Source: Azolla caroliniana
Taxonomy: Eukaryota > Plantae > Polypodiophyta
Direction: 5' to 3'
Assembly (NCBI GenBank): GCA_043228905.1
Contig: JBHGNT010000001.1
Span: forward strand, 24,118,001 to 24,182,000
Length of the DNA: 64,000 nucleotides
The notes under the pieces: generated by a model
Told to the model about the DNA's origin: nothing
What the model saw: only the letters and a program-made list of their open reading frames with translations
Databases searched by the model: none
In this document: positions 37,048 to 49,911 of the stretch, one piece after another
Numbering within the stretch: position 1 is the stretch's first letter
How the letters are laid out: the number at the start of each line of letters is the position of its first letter
Translations under genes and position numbers: made by a program

Positions 37048-37770
37048 CTAGAAAATATAAAACAGCTTTTTTTCAAACTGGAGGTGCTGGATATGAATGT
37101 TAATGAAGATACTGTCAGAGAGAGAGAGAGTTCACTATGGAGAGACAGGGTTTACAACTAACTTTCAATTGGTCAAGTAAACAGATTCCAGGTTGATTTT
37201 TGTAACTTTTCTCGATTTTTCATGTTTGGGATAGATCTATTTCATGAACGTTTCGCACCCTAACTTCATAAATAATGATCATTGAAAATCGTGGGGTAGG
37301 TTATTGACATCGAGTAACTGTGCATTCAGAATAATTACAATAGTGAAGGCAATAAGTTGATTATATTTTAATTCCCCCAATGAGCATAGTAGCAAGCCCC
37401 CTCCTTTCAACATTCACAATTTCATATTGGATTGTCTTTCATATCTCAACGTTCTATGCGAAGTATAATTAACTAGCTCATTAATCATCATCAAACTCTT
37501 GTAAACTGCATCCACCTACTTTGTTATGTGCAGACTCTCATGAGTTCCTTTGCTCTCAACAGCTTGTCTAGCCTGAGTCTAACCACTCACCGAATTGGAC
37601 GTAGCTAGAGTCACTACTTCTGTAGTCCCCAAATTGCAGCACATTCATTTCTATGCTCCTGTGAACTCAATCCATTTCGCAGCAATTATGCCTGTGGGTG
37701 AACACATCCTTGATTTTGATTTGTATCTCTAAATTTTTGCTAGCTTTTTTATGGGGCGTTTTTGGTTCTT

Positions 37771-38090
37771 GTTTTGAAATTCTCTTGCTTGATTTGGATA
37801 TGCTTGGTTACCATCTTCCTTGTTTGTGAAATACATACAACTGTTGTAGTCAATGCTTGCTTTCCATTCTTGGATACTGGGTGATGTTGCACATTATATT
37901 TTCTTTCTTCTAGGAACTTTGAGACGTTATGTGTTTTGAGATTCTCTTGCTTGATTTGGATATGCTTGATTACCATCTTCCTTGTGTGTGAAATACATAC
38001 GACTCATGTAGTCAATGCTTGCTTTCCATTCTTGGATACTAAGTGATGTTGCACATCATATTTTCTTTCTTCTAGAAACTTGGGACGTGC
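37771..38090. repeat. Diverged tandem duplication, 2 x about 162 bp, downstream of BIO3-BIO1
   Basis: Units start at 37771 and 37933 (GTTTTGAR ATTCTCTTGCTTGATTTGGATATGC). Confidence 0.88.
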
Positions 38091-39245
38091 TATTGCACAT
38101 TACGTCCCGATAATCTTGGAAGACTTTATTTGAAACCAAAATAAAAAAGTATGGCACTACTACAATACTTGTGGTTTGGAGAATAAGATATATAGGGGTG
38201 AACAATATATTGATAGAATATTTAATAGCTGTCCGATCATTGATCCACTCAAGGTGACAATACTGCAAAGATTTCCCCATAGTAACCAAAGCTCTTACAC
38301 ATAGAATTTGGAAAAATCCAACGGTAATGTTCTGAGTAAGCCGTTTTTACTAAGGTAAGAGGAATGATGCTTGAAAGAGGGCTAACTCTTGTAGAATATG
38401 ATGAAAGGTTGAACTTGGAGATGCTAACGGTTTTGACCTATTCGTTCAGGGACACCTAATTTCATAGTTGTGTACGATTCATCAAATCCTTCAACACATG
38501 TCCTTGAGTTTATGCATTTTTAGAATTGGTAAAGAGAGAATTAACAATATGTTCAAGTTTAGATAGATCTTTGGCTTACCAATAATATATTGAGATTGAG
38601 ATGTTGAAGTTCATCTTCACAATAACAATTACCCTCATGCTTGAAGTTGTGATTTGTGAAGGTTTGTAGAGAATGACTTTGCACTTTGTATATAATGAAA
38701 CAAATGATGCAATGTATGCAATGTATGTACAATTGGAAGGAGCCCTATGCCCATGTATGTATTTAGATTAACATTAAACATTCGGAGGTGTGGCCATACT
38801 AGATTTTATTTATAGCTCACAAGAGAAGGGAGGTATTAGAAGTATATGGTTCTCCCATGTATTTAATAAAATCAAAAGAAAATGGCTCGAGTTTTGGTGA
38901 TGTGTGAGTACTGTCAATTTTTATCTAAATGATTGAAAGTAGTGGTATTAAGGGGCCACAAAAGCCATGTACATAATGAATTTAGACGCAATGGTTTCGA
39001 GTCTTTCTTAGATGCAAGAATTTCTCAATCTATTTAGTGGGGAGGGACAAAATAAGTAGGAGAAATAGTGCGGGCAGAAATACTAATAATCTATTTGCTT
39101 GTAGACTTTAGATCGAAGTAGAACCCTCGTTAACACCAGGTGCAACGGGTTCTCAATGGCAATTTAACATTTGTAAGTCATTTTAGTCATTGTTGACGTC
39201 ATCGCTCTATCTCTCTATTACCATTATTGCAAATTTCAACTAACA

Positions 39246-39317
39246 ATCAAAGTGGTGCAATGGAGGCTGAGGGGGCCCATAACCCACAGGTCCCACGATC
39301 GAAACCTGGTTTTGATA
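39246..39317 (+). pseudogene. Degenerate initiator tRNA-Met (CAT) gene copy
   Basis: 72 nt, colinear with plant tRNA-iMet as I recall it (about 12 substitutions). Diagnostic GGGCCCATAACCC anticodon arm and GATCGAAA T-loop. The acceptor stem ATCAAAG/TTTTGAT still pairs, but the D-arm and T-stem are damaged. Upstream CAA present. Confidence 0.85.
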
Positions 39318-39341
39318 TCCAATGGTTTAGGTGTTAGGGTT

Positions 39342-40067
39342 TGTTGGGAAAACAGGTCCCTCTGGATGGGAAGAAGTACGAGCCGGATGGAATGGAGTTG
39401 ATAAGTAAACTCGGTCGAGGCCGAAAATTGATTTTTGACAATCATTTGATAATCGATTCGGTCATTAGCCGAATCGGTCGAAGGCGATTCAAAGGCTATA
39501 TTTGTAAATAGCCCATATTGTATATAAGTATAAATATACTTAGGGCAAGTAGTTAGTAAGTAGTTGATCATTGTCAAAAAGTTGTAGCAGGTCGTTACAT
39601 CCGGAACTAGCTACAATGAGAGAGAGTTACTGAGAGTCTACTCTGTAACAGTCTGTCTGTGAGAGGAAGAAGAACTCAAGGTAGTTGCCTTGAGATTCTT
39701 ATCTTGTGCATTTTCTTCTTGATATAGTATAATAGTTTGGAGTCTGTGGGCTCCTGTGGTTTTTCCCATTTCGGGTTTTCCACATTAAAAATATCTCGTG
39801 TCTCTATAGTTGTGTACTATCTTCTTGATCTTTGCACTCTCATGAGGAAGTGTATAAACCGGTTGTGGCCGGTAGTATCCCATTTACAACAATCTAGTAT
39901 CAGAGCAAAGGTTTATAACCTTCAAGCAAAGGAAGACAATGGAAGACTCATTTGGTGGCATGTTCAAACTCATTGGCTCCAACTATCCAGTGTGGAAGTT
40001 GAAGATGAGGGACATGTTGGTATGCAAAGATCTTTGGCTGCCGGTACAATTCGGAAATAAAAGGCCA
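39342..40067 (+). mobile_element. copia 5' LTR (39342-39891), mutated PBS (TAGTATCAGAGC) and gag start, truncated by the next element
   Basis: TGTTGGGAA start like the element D LTRs. The gag MEDSFGGMFKLIGSNYPVWK is homologous to the gag at 8344. Confidence 0.87.
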
Positions 40068-41737
40068 TATTACTCGTATAGGTGTATGGGAGGGTTAACG
40101 GTGTAATGTGTAAGGTGTAATGTATAAATGTTAATGTGTGTGTGAGGTGGGGTAAGTAGGTGCAACTACCCCCATTCGGCTTTTTGTAATGTTTGATCAA
40201 ATCTTGTACTATTTAAACCCCACCCATGGGGCATGAAAGAAAGAAGGAGAAATATATTGAAGTTACCCCTCAACGGTCTCTGTCTCAATCCCCTCTCTCT
40301 CATTCTTTGTGCATCTCTCTCTCCCTCTTTCTCACATTTGAACCCCCTTTGGAGGGGGTTGGAGCTGATCTTGGTTCCACCCCCCACCCATCAACATTTG
40401 GCACAGCCAGTTCACTCTGTGAGGTCACAACAAACAACGTAGGAGGAAACCTCAGCCGCCATTACGACGCCCACTCGTAGCATGCGATCTCGGCTACCAT
40501 CTTGCCGCGCTGAGCTAGTCGAGGGCACTTCCAACTCCATGCTCACGCAACAATCGTTGCCGGAGCCACTCTCCACCGCCAACATCAAACACTCAGTTGA
40601 ACTTGGGTTCTCACCCCGTTTTGCCTCACCGCCCCCTTGAAGTCAACCAAGATGAATACAACCCATTCCTGACGCTACCCGAGTATCCAGACTTCGACCC
40701 CATGCCATATCTGTATTAGTGGTACACGGATGGCCCCGATGCACCTTCTTATCGACATGGCAAGCCAACCACTCAACACATCGTCTGGCCGTTGTTGAGG
40801 CGGACTCATCCAAAATCGTGGAGTTCACATTGTCTCTTGATGGACTCGCAACAAGATGGTATTCCCGCCACGATCTCGGGGAATTTGCGATGTTTCTGAA
40901 CGTCTGCACTCGCTTCCTCGAAATTTTCCATTGAGAGATACCCAAGCGAGAACTCCTCCGCCAGTTCTATGCAATCACACAAGAGCCGAATGAAACGGTC
41001 TCCTAGTTCACGATCTGCTTCCAGGATCTTTATCGTAAGCTTGCTCAAGATGTGTCCGCAAATCATCTCAAGGACACATTCCTCACAAGATTACAGGAGC
41101 CTCTTCGCACGACTCTCACCTTAACCAACATCTCCCAACAAACAATCGAACAGGTGATCGCTCACGTCCTTGCATTGGACGGAGCTCAAACTAGTACAAC
41201 TTTATCAATGGGCTCACTCCAAAACACCTTGCCAACACATGAAGAAACCCAATTTCGGCAGGCAATCCAATGAACGACATGCTCGAATTTCGGCCATTCA
41301 GCCGTGGATTGCGCTCTTTGACTGTAGTGCCCGATCTGCCACTCCCGCATGCATACGATGGAGAAATGTGAATATAATATGCTCAATCGCACAACCACTG
41401 ATCCAGTACGCCAAATCGAGCCCCGCCATAATCGCCCATGACAGGAGGATCGTGATCGTCCACCACCTAGATTTCGGGAAGCTGAGGAACCCCGATACGA
41501 TGATCAATACCGATGTGACGATAGGTATCGGCCCTAGGAGGATCGCTATCGGCAAGACAATCGGTACTAGCCCGAGGGGGATCGTTATCGGCCAGACATT
41601 CAATACCAGCCTGAGGAAGATCGTTATCAGCCTAGGGAGGACTGATATCGACCAGTGGATGACTACTACGGATACGATCGGAACGACGATTACGATGCAA
41701 GAAATCGTTTCGACCGGGTAGGGAGTGAAAGGAATAG
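40068..41737 (+). mobile_element. gypsy (Tat/Athila-type) LTR 40068-40395, PBS TGGCACAGCC and degenerate gag
   Basis: LTR end ATCAACA followed by TTTGGC. Retrotrans-gag-like text (FTLSLDGLATRWY, ITQEPNETV), Cys/His knuckle remnants and an Arg/Asp-rich repetitive tail. Confidence 0.7.
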
Positions 41738-44700
41738 TGATTGGCCACAACCGAGTCTCAAACACACGATGGAAGAAATAAACAGAAAGTAGCAATGCAC
41801 TTGACAAGATAGAAAAAATGACACCAAATGTTAACGTGGAAAACCCTAACCAGGAAAAAACCACGGGAGCCCACAGACTCCAACTATCACTATGAGAAAG
41901 GAAGGATACAATGGTATGAGACTCAGAGGCAACGACCTCGAGCTCTACCTTCGCCAACCGGTGGTTATAACAAAAAATGTTTTCTGTTTCTCCCTCCCTC
42001 CCTCCCTCCCTCCCTCCCTCTCTCTGTACAACAACAACTATAATGATGATCTACTACACATAATAATATTGCCCTAGTTATATTTATACTTATATAAATT
42101 TGGGGCTATGTACAAATATGACCTCAATGGTCACGTCTGAACATATTTACCAATATATTCCTATTCGTTGGTTCATACTTGAACCGACCGGACTCATTCC
42201 AGATCCATCTGATCTGGTATCCAGATACCTTCTGGATCCATCCAGTTTGGTTCCTTCATCTCGTCCAATCCAACTCATCCAGTTCTCATCAGGATCCCAA
42301 TCGGAGGGACCGAATTCCCAACAAACTCCCCCTTCACTCTGGCATGGGATGTCTTGTCAACCTGATTCGTCTTCGACACACGTCCAACTTCTCGGCTGAC
42401 AGCACCTTGGTTAGCATGTTCGACCCGTTCTCCTCCGTATGGATTTTCATCAGCAAAAACTCTTTATCTTCTACCTTCTCCCGGAGCCAGTGATATCTCC
42501 TCTGGATGTGCTTGGTTTGGGAATGGTCGGCCGCGTTCTTTGCCAGGTGGATGGCACTTTGAGTGTCACAATAGAGCTAGAATTCATCCTGCCGGATCCA
42601 TAGCTCTTCGATGAAGTCCTTCATCTAGATTACCTCTTTGCCGACTTCTACAACCGGCATGTACTCTGCTTCCATTGTCGACAATGCAACGAACTTCTGC
42701 AACCTCGATTTCCACGATACAACTCCCCTTGCATATGTCATGACATATCCGGATGTAGACCGTCTGGTATTTGCATCAATCGACATGTCCAAATTCGTAA
42801 AGCCTTCCAATAGCGGTTTACTAGACTCGAACTAGAGGCACATGTTTGAGGTGCCATTCAAGTATTGGAGTATCCACTTGACTGTAGCCTAGTGCTCTCT
42901 TCCCGGATTGTTCATGAACCGGCTAACCACTCCGACTACATATCCGATATCCGGGCAGGGACACACCATAGTGTACATGAGGCTTCCGACTGCGGAGGCA
43001 TACGGTATCTTCATCATTTCCAACTTCTCTGCCTTTGTCTCAGAATCTGTCTTCCAGACAGTTTGCAATTTGTTGGAAGTGTCGATCTGACCGGCTTCAC
43101 ATCCGTCATGCTGAATCGTTGGAGCATCTTCGTCACGTACTTCTCTCGTGACAGCCACATAGCTTCTTTGTCCAGTCTCGGACTATGTGCATCCCCAATA
43201 TCTGTCTCGCTGAACCCAAATCTTTCATCGAGAAGGTCCGGTTCAAGGCCTTCTTCATATTCCTGATTTTTATTCAGTCCGGTCTGATGATCAACATGTC
43301 ATCCACATACATCAAGAGCATTAGGAAGTCGCCTCCATCAAAATTCTTCATGAACATGCAGTGGTCGGCCTACATCTTGTGGTATCCTTGGTTGGTCATG
43401 AAGGAGTCGAAATTTCGCTATCATTGCCGGAGAGCTTGCTTCAGTCTGTATAAGCTCTTCTTCAACTGGCACACCACATGCTCCTTCCCTTTCTTGACAA
43501 ATCCCTCCGGCTGTTGCATATAGATTTCTTCCTCGAGGTCGCTGTGCAGGAACGCTGTCTTGACCTCGAGGTCCATGCTTGAGTCAATGCTCAACACACT
43601 CCGGATGGATGTCATCTTGACTACCGGGGCAAAGATCTCATCGAAGTCCACTCCCTTTTTTTGCTGGAAACCCTTCACCACAATGCGGGCTTTGTATCTT
43701 GGTGGATTTCCGGTGTCTCCTGGTTTTAGCTTGTACACCCACTTGTTCTAGAGCGCTCTCTTCCCTTTTGGTAGCTCCGTCAATTCGTATGTGTGGTTCC
43801 CATGCAAGGAATCTATCTCATCCTGCATGACACTTAACCACTTGCGGTTGTGGGTGTCCCTCTTTGCTTCTTCGAAGCTTTCTAGCTCCCACTCGTCGGT
43901 CAGTAGAACATGCTCTGCATCCGAAAATCCCCGAGGGGCCTTTCTCTCTCTTAGAGGATATCTCCATCCTTGGTTTTCTACTACCGGTTCGTCCATCAAT
44001 TCTTCATCTAATCCAATTCGGGGTCTTGTCCGGTTCCGGTGTCCAATTCTTCTTCTTCAGTTGATTTGGTTTCTTGTCCGAATCCAACCGGTTCTTCGAG
44101 TGTCATCCGGCTTCCAGCTAGATGGGTCCTTGTATCTTTCGACCGATCTCTGTCAGTCGACCTAGAGTCCGCTATCTTCTTCTCCCACTCCCAGTTGAAA
44201 ACAGTTTTGTCTCCCATGAAGACTATGTCTTGAGTTTGGAAGACCTTCTTGTCGACCAAGTCCCACACTTGGTAGCCGAACTCATCATCACCATATACCA
44301 TGATTATGCATGGTCGGGATTTTGGGTCCCATTTCCCTCTCTGGTCCTTTGCCACATGCACGTAAGCGAGACAACCGAATACCTTTACATGCCGGTAAGA
44401 CATGTCTGTAAACGATTACTTGCGGAAGCGTTAGAAAACGGAGAAAGCAGAGAATACATAGAGTACACGGGAGAGATAGAGAGAGCAGAACGTAAAAGCT
44501 ATATTCAAAAAAACAATATAAAACACTCTATTCTTACAACTATGCTCAGTAGCACTATTTATACAAGTCCTCGTGGGACTAACAAAAGTACTACGTACTT
44601 CAATGCTCACACGAGCATCTGACACTTACTATGACGCTATAACTACCTAGTAGTCTAAACTAATACTCGGCTTCCGGTTACCGATTGGATCCAGCTAACC

Positions 44701-46910
44701 AGCTCCCGAGCTCACCGGCTCTGTTGCTTACTGGCTCGGTTGCTCACCGGCTTACCGATCCGTCTCGCTGACCGGCTCAGGCTTATCCAGCCAATCCGGC
44801 TCCAGTTGAGCTTGCCGCTCAACACTCCCCCTGAAGCTCAACTTGAGGTTGGATCCTAGTGTTAGCCTCTGTGGCAGTCGGTTCTTCCAACCGACTTCTC
44901 ATGGCGTCGCTCCGCCTTGCTCACGCTCCTCGTCCGGTCCGGTCCGGTTTGCCGCGACCCTTCTGGTTCTGCGCGCCTCGACCTTCTCGGTCGGCATGTT
45001 TGCTCAATAGGCCCCTCTCAGCTCCTTCGCTGCTATGACTCCGGCACTTGCCGATCCGTCGGTTCCTCCACGATGGCATCAACTTCCACGATGGCATCAA
45101 CGCTATATTTAGAAAAACAATATAAAACACTCTGTTCTTACAATTATGCTCAGCAACACTATTTATACAAGTCCTCGTGGGACTGACAAAAGTACCGCGT
45201 ACTTCCATGCTCACACGAGCATCTGACACTTACTACGAGACTATAACTGCCTAGTAGTCTAAACTAATACTAGGCTTCCGGTTACCGATTGGATCCGGCT
45301 AACCGGCTCCCCAGCTCACCGACTCTATTGCTTGCCGGCTCGGTTGCTCACCGGCTTACCGATCCGTCTCGCTCACCGGCTCAAGCTTATCCAGTTGATC
45401 CGGCTCGAGTTGAGCTTGCCGCTCAACAATGTCTTTACTGGTCCATACTCTTTGTGGTGTGTCTCCATCCAAGGGCGTTGAGGGTGATCTGTTTATCACA
45501 TAGGTTGTCGTCATCAGCGCTTTAGCCCAAAACCTCTTGGAAAACTTGGCTAACATGCTTCAGACCCTCTCTATCACAGTCCGGTTCATCCTTTCGGCCA
45601 ATCCGTTCAGCTCTTGTGCCTTCGGCACGCTAAATTCAAGCCAGATTCCCTTCGACCAACAATACTCCTCGAACTGCCCCCGGTTTCGCCTCTGTTGTCC
45701 GCTCGAACTGCCTTCAACTTCTGGCCAGTTTCTCTTTCCACTCTCACATGGAACTCCTTGAAGATAGTCAGTACCTGATCCGTCGTCTTCAGTGGTGAGA
45801 CCCACAACTTCTGGCTGTGGTCATCTATGAATGTCACGAAGTACTGTGATCCGGCATGTGACTTCATGTCCACTTGGCATACATCGGTATGCACAAGTTC
45901 CAATGGTGCATTCCATCTCATCGATGGTCTTGTCTAGAAAGAGGTTCGGTTTCGCTCGCCGGCCAAGCAATCGGTGCATTTCTCATGCTGAACGTCTTTC
46001 ACCTCCGGAATGAGGTTGTCCTTGGCAAGTCTACGCATCCCTTTCTGGCTCATATGAGACAACCTCTTGTGCCACAACTCACCGATAGTGTCGGATACTA
46101 CGTTCACTTCTTTCCAGCATATCCGGGCATGCATTAGGTACAAAGTGTTGATGTTCTGTGCTCAGGTCACGATTAGGCTCCCTTTGCTAAACTTCATGAT
46201 CGGCTGATATCAGGTTCAGTTGAACCTCTGGAACGTGTCAGACATCTTTCAGCAGCAGCTTGCACCCTGTTGATGTAGTCAAATAGAAATCTCCTATGCT
46301 GACTATTTGGCGTGATCCTTCATTCCCCATCCACACACAACTGAGATCTCTGACTTTGTAGGATGTGAAGCACTTCCGTTGGGGGGCTAGATGGAATGAC
46401 GCTCCGGAGTCGACCACCTATGTCATCTCGTCGCTGACAAGGTGGAGCTCATTTTCTTCGGTGATGAGCAACAGTTCTTCTTCACTTGTCACGATTGTCG
46501 ACATTCCTTTCTGATCCGAACTCTTCAGGTCCGAACTTCGAGGTGACATTGTTGGCCCCTTTCTCTTTCCGGAAGTGTCGGCAATTCTTCTGAAAGTGCC
46601 CCGACTTCCCACGATAGAAGCACATGGGCCTCCCCCTTGACTTCTACCTCGTCCCCGATTTGTCTAATTTTGGGGATTCTTATTCTGGCCTCTTCCCCGG
46701 TTATTGCCGTCTTCCGTAACCAAGCCCTTTGAATTGGTTCAGGATTCCCAGTCCTTCCGCCGAACTTCTTCATCTAGCAAGCTTGATTTTACCCTTGCTA
46801 GGGACAAGTGTTTTCCTTCCGACCCGGTGTTGCCCAGAGTGACAACTAGTGTCTCCCAACTATCCGGGAGGGAACCGAGCAACAACAACGCGAGTACCTC
46901 GTCGGCTAGA
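41738..46910 (-). mobile_element. Degenerate copia element I (element D family): 3' LTR about 41738-42323, PPT, RH-RT-INT-PR and partial gag; 5' end lost
   Basis: LTR homologous to 12306-12833. Motifs YKARIVVKG, LSTMEAEY, LVHTDVC, LLLGSLPDSWE. Confidence 0.92.
44407..45428 (-). mobile_element. TRIM-like deletion derivative J of family G (1022 bp): LTR 44407-44824, PPT, short internal region, partial 5' LTR about 45100-45428
   Basis: LTRs homologous to 18983-19404. Perfect TSD ATGTC at 44402-44406 and 45429-45433. Confidence 0.94.
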
Positions 46911-47817
46911 GTAAGGAACGATCGCAACAGTGATAGTTGTAGAGGAAATAAGGAAAAATTGCCATGGAGATACTTATAGAGGTAGTAAGAGTGATTGCAT
47001 CGGCTATACTTGCAGAGGTAGACTAGAAATTGAGGCAATGGTGAGCTATTGCAACGCAATACAAACAAAGCCGGTAAGGAGAGATTGCAATAGAAATACT
47101 TGCAAAAGCAGTAAGAGCTATTGCAATAGAAATTCTTGTAGAAGTAGTAAGGCTATTGCCACGATGATAATTGCAGGCACGGAGTACAGACAAAGCTAGT
47201 AATGAGTGATTGCAGTAGGGGTACAAACAAAGCTGGCAAGAAGTGATTGCAGTAACAGTACATGGAGAGGTGGTAAGGAGTGATTCCAACACTAGGACTT
47301 AAAAAGATGGTAAGGAGCATTGACAAGAATATCATCTACAAATGCACAAAGGACTTATCGCAGACTTGGTGTAAGCCGGGGTTCTAGTTTAATTTTTAAA
47401 TGCCACCATTTCTTGACATCACCGCCTCCATCACAAGCCACATCTTGTGAGTCTTTCGTGGTCTTTCTTGCCTTGCTAGTTTGGTTTAAGTTATTAGAGG
47501 AAATCTTACTTTACTCTTTAAACACATACAAATGTTAAACATGAATATAAAAAGATCCTTATTGATTGGGAATCATAAACCTTAACACATAAACCAACTC
47601 ATATCAAAACCAAGTTCGATCTTGGGACCTATGGATTATTGGCCCACCACGTTTCCATTGCGCCACTCTGATCGTTAGTTGAAACTTGCATGGGACATCC
47701 ATATGTAACTAGGATTAATACAATATGAAAAGTGTCACACTTATAAGAATCTACATATGTTTGAAGGGGGGCGGGAAACCATATTTTTGTTATAGAATCT
47801 AATAGAACTTCAAGGAC

Positions 47818-48612
47818 TAATGGGAACTGAACGCTCCTTATGCACAACGCAAGGCCACAACCGAGCTTAGAATGATACACAAAAAAAACGGGAAATAAAA
47901 CACGACACAAAGAGGAGGAAGATACACAGGAGGTTTATGTGGAAAACCCCAAACTAGGGGAAAAACCATGGCAGCCCACAGGCTGCAAACTGTCACTATG
48001 TAAGAATGTACAACAGTGAGTTCACTGAGGCAACGACCTCGTGCTCACAGATCTTCGCCACAGGCGGCGGTTACAACAAAGGCAACAACCTCTTTCTCTC
48101 TCTCTCTCTCTGTACACAGTTACGCGCTCTCGCTATACTTTTACCAACAAGAATGACAACAACACCAACTAAAGTTTGCCCTAAGTCATATTTATACTAA
48201 TATGACTTTTCGGCTATTTACAAATATAGCCTCTGTGGACTATCAGAAAACATATTTACGAATATGTCTCTTCATCCGGTTCTCCGTAGCCGGGTACTCC
48301 TCATCTGGTTCACACCGGGTCTGCACCATCCGGCTCTCTATAGCCGGGTACTCCTCATCCGGTTCATACCGGGTCTGCACCATTCGGCTCTCCGTAGCCG
48401 GGTACTCCTCATCCAGTTCACACCGGGTCTGCACCATCCGGCTCTCCATAGCCGGGTACTCCTCATCCGGTTCATACCGGGTCTGCACCATCCGGCTCTC
48501 CGTAGCCGGGTCCTCCTCATCCGGTTTCGGCCTCGGCCTATCGGCCTCGGCCGAGTTTGTTCATCGGCACTGTTCTTATCCCTTCCCATTCTGAGGGACC
48601 TGTCTCCCAACA
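47818..48612 (-). mobile_element. copia solo LTR (related to the element A LTR) containing a 54-bp tandem array
   Basis: TSD AGGAC at 47813-47817 and 48613-48617. Shares GTGGAAAACCC, GGCAACGACC and GTTTGCCCTAAGTCATATTTATAC blocks with 1422-2030. Confidence 0.88.
48273..48526. repeat. 54-bp tandem repeat, about 4.7 copies, in LTR U3
   Basis: Unit CATCCGGYTCTCYRTAGCCGGGTACTCCTCATCCGGTTCAYACCGGGTCTGCAC. Confidence 0.95.
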
Positions 48613-48715
48613 AGGACCTCACACATTGTTTCTTGCCCTTCTCCATCAATGCTTCTAAGTATATTGATTAAAGGTCACCATTTCTAGACATGGCCACCTC
48701 CATCACTAACTACGT

Positions 48716-49638
48716 TGTCGTGAAGATTCCGGGCCATGGTGAGAAACCGGGGAATATCAGAAGAATCGGCGGGGTGGAGCATGTGCATTGACCCTTGTAC
48801 AAATGGTGTAGGGGATAAGGGTGCCTTTATGGCGCCAAGTAGGAGTTAAGTCGGGACAGAGAATCCCATGTAAATCGGGATTTATCCCACATTGTAACGC
48901 ATCCCTCTCCTTGTTCTATAAAAGGAAGGGAGGGTCCCTTGTAGAGGGGTTGCCCATTTTGAGTTAGGAGGGTACACCGTTAGATTTAGGGTTTGGTAGT
49001 TCTTGGTCTTCATCTTTCTCCTATTCCCGTAGGGTTTGTACTTTGGTTTTTTCACCCTATTTCGTTTAGGGTTTCATCTTGACAACTTTCTTCTTCTTCT
49101 TCTTACTTTCTTGTTTTCGGTTAGGGTTCTTTGACTTCTTCTTCTCCTTCGTGTCTATTTAGGGTTTAGTCTGGTGAAGAGCTTGTATGTTCAGTGGGGT
49201 TTGCTTTTGCTCGGTCTCCTGTGCAAGACCCCGCTCAGCGCGACGAGCCTGAGAGCTCCCCGATCGGCGGCTTGGCAGTATAACCTAACCTACCTTGGTC
49301 CGGCTCAAATCCAGAGTTGTATCTTGCTCTTGTAATTATATATATAAAAGGTTGTGCATATTTGTGTTTCTGTTGGTGTCGGGTGCATTGCTTTCCCTTT
49401 GTTTCCTGTACATAAGAGGCGTGTGTTGAGTCAGTGTTGCGCGCGTGGTCTCTCTCTCTCTCTCTCTCCCTCTCTCATGTTCGGTAGCCACCAGTACGCA
49501 TCCGGAATTGCACCAGTTTTCGCCACAACCAGTGCAGCCGAGACCGGAGAGAGTCAGCTTCTCGACATCCATCTCTTCCTCGTTCGAGATCCTTGGGGTT
49601 CCGCCCCTTTGGACACGTACCTGCGGAAAACCGCGACA
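48716..49638 (+). mobile_element. Solo LTR (TGTCG...CGACA) with a 4-bp TSD ACGT
   Basis: TATA-like CTATAAAAGG at about 48917. The TSD at 48712-48715 and 49639-49642 is consistent with the empty-site paralog at about 47400-47500. Confidence 0.8.
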
Positions 49639-49911
49639 ACGTGTTGTGAATCTTTTGTGGGTTTGATTTGCCTTGTTAGTTTGGGTTTAAGTTATTAAGC
49701 AAAATTTTACTTTCATGGAACGAAGAAACACAGATGTTGCACTCATACTTACACATCTTGTCCATCCATATACTCGGTTACTACATGTGACACTTTATAG
49801 ATTTCATGCCTATCATATCAAATGGTATGCCTATTAGTTCACCAAAGTTCCTTCTCGATTCAGAATCCTAAAACCTAACACCTAAACCAACTATTATCAG
49901 AACTAGTTTTT

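Noticed and set aside
48243-48671. Repetitive ORFs in several frames
   Set aside because: Produced by the 54-bp tandem repeat inside a solo LTR.
48983-49170. TTTAGGG motifs suggesting interstitial telomere (also about 13920-13970)
   Set aside because: Isolated telo-box-like motifs within LTRs, not tandem arrays.
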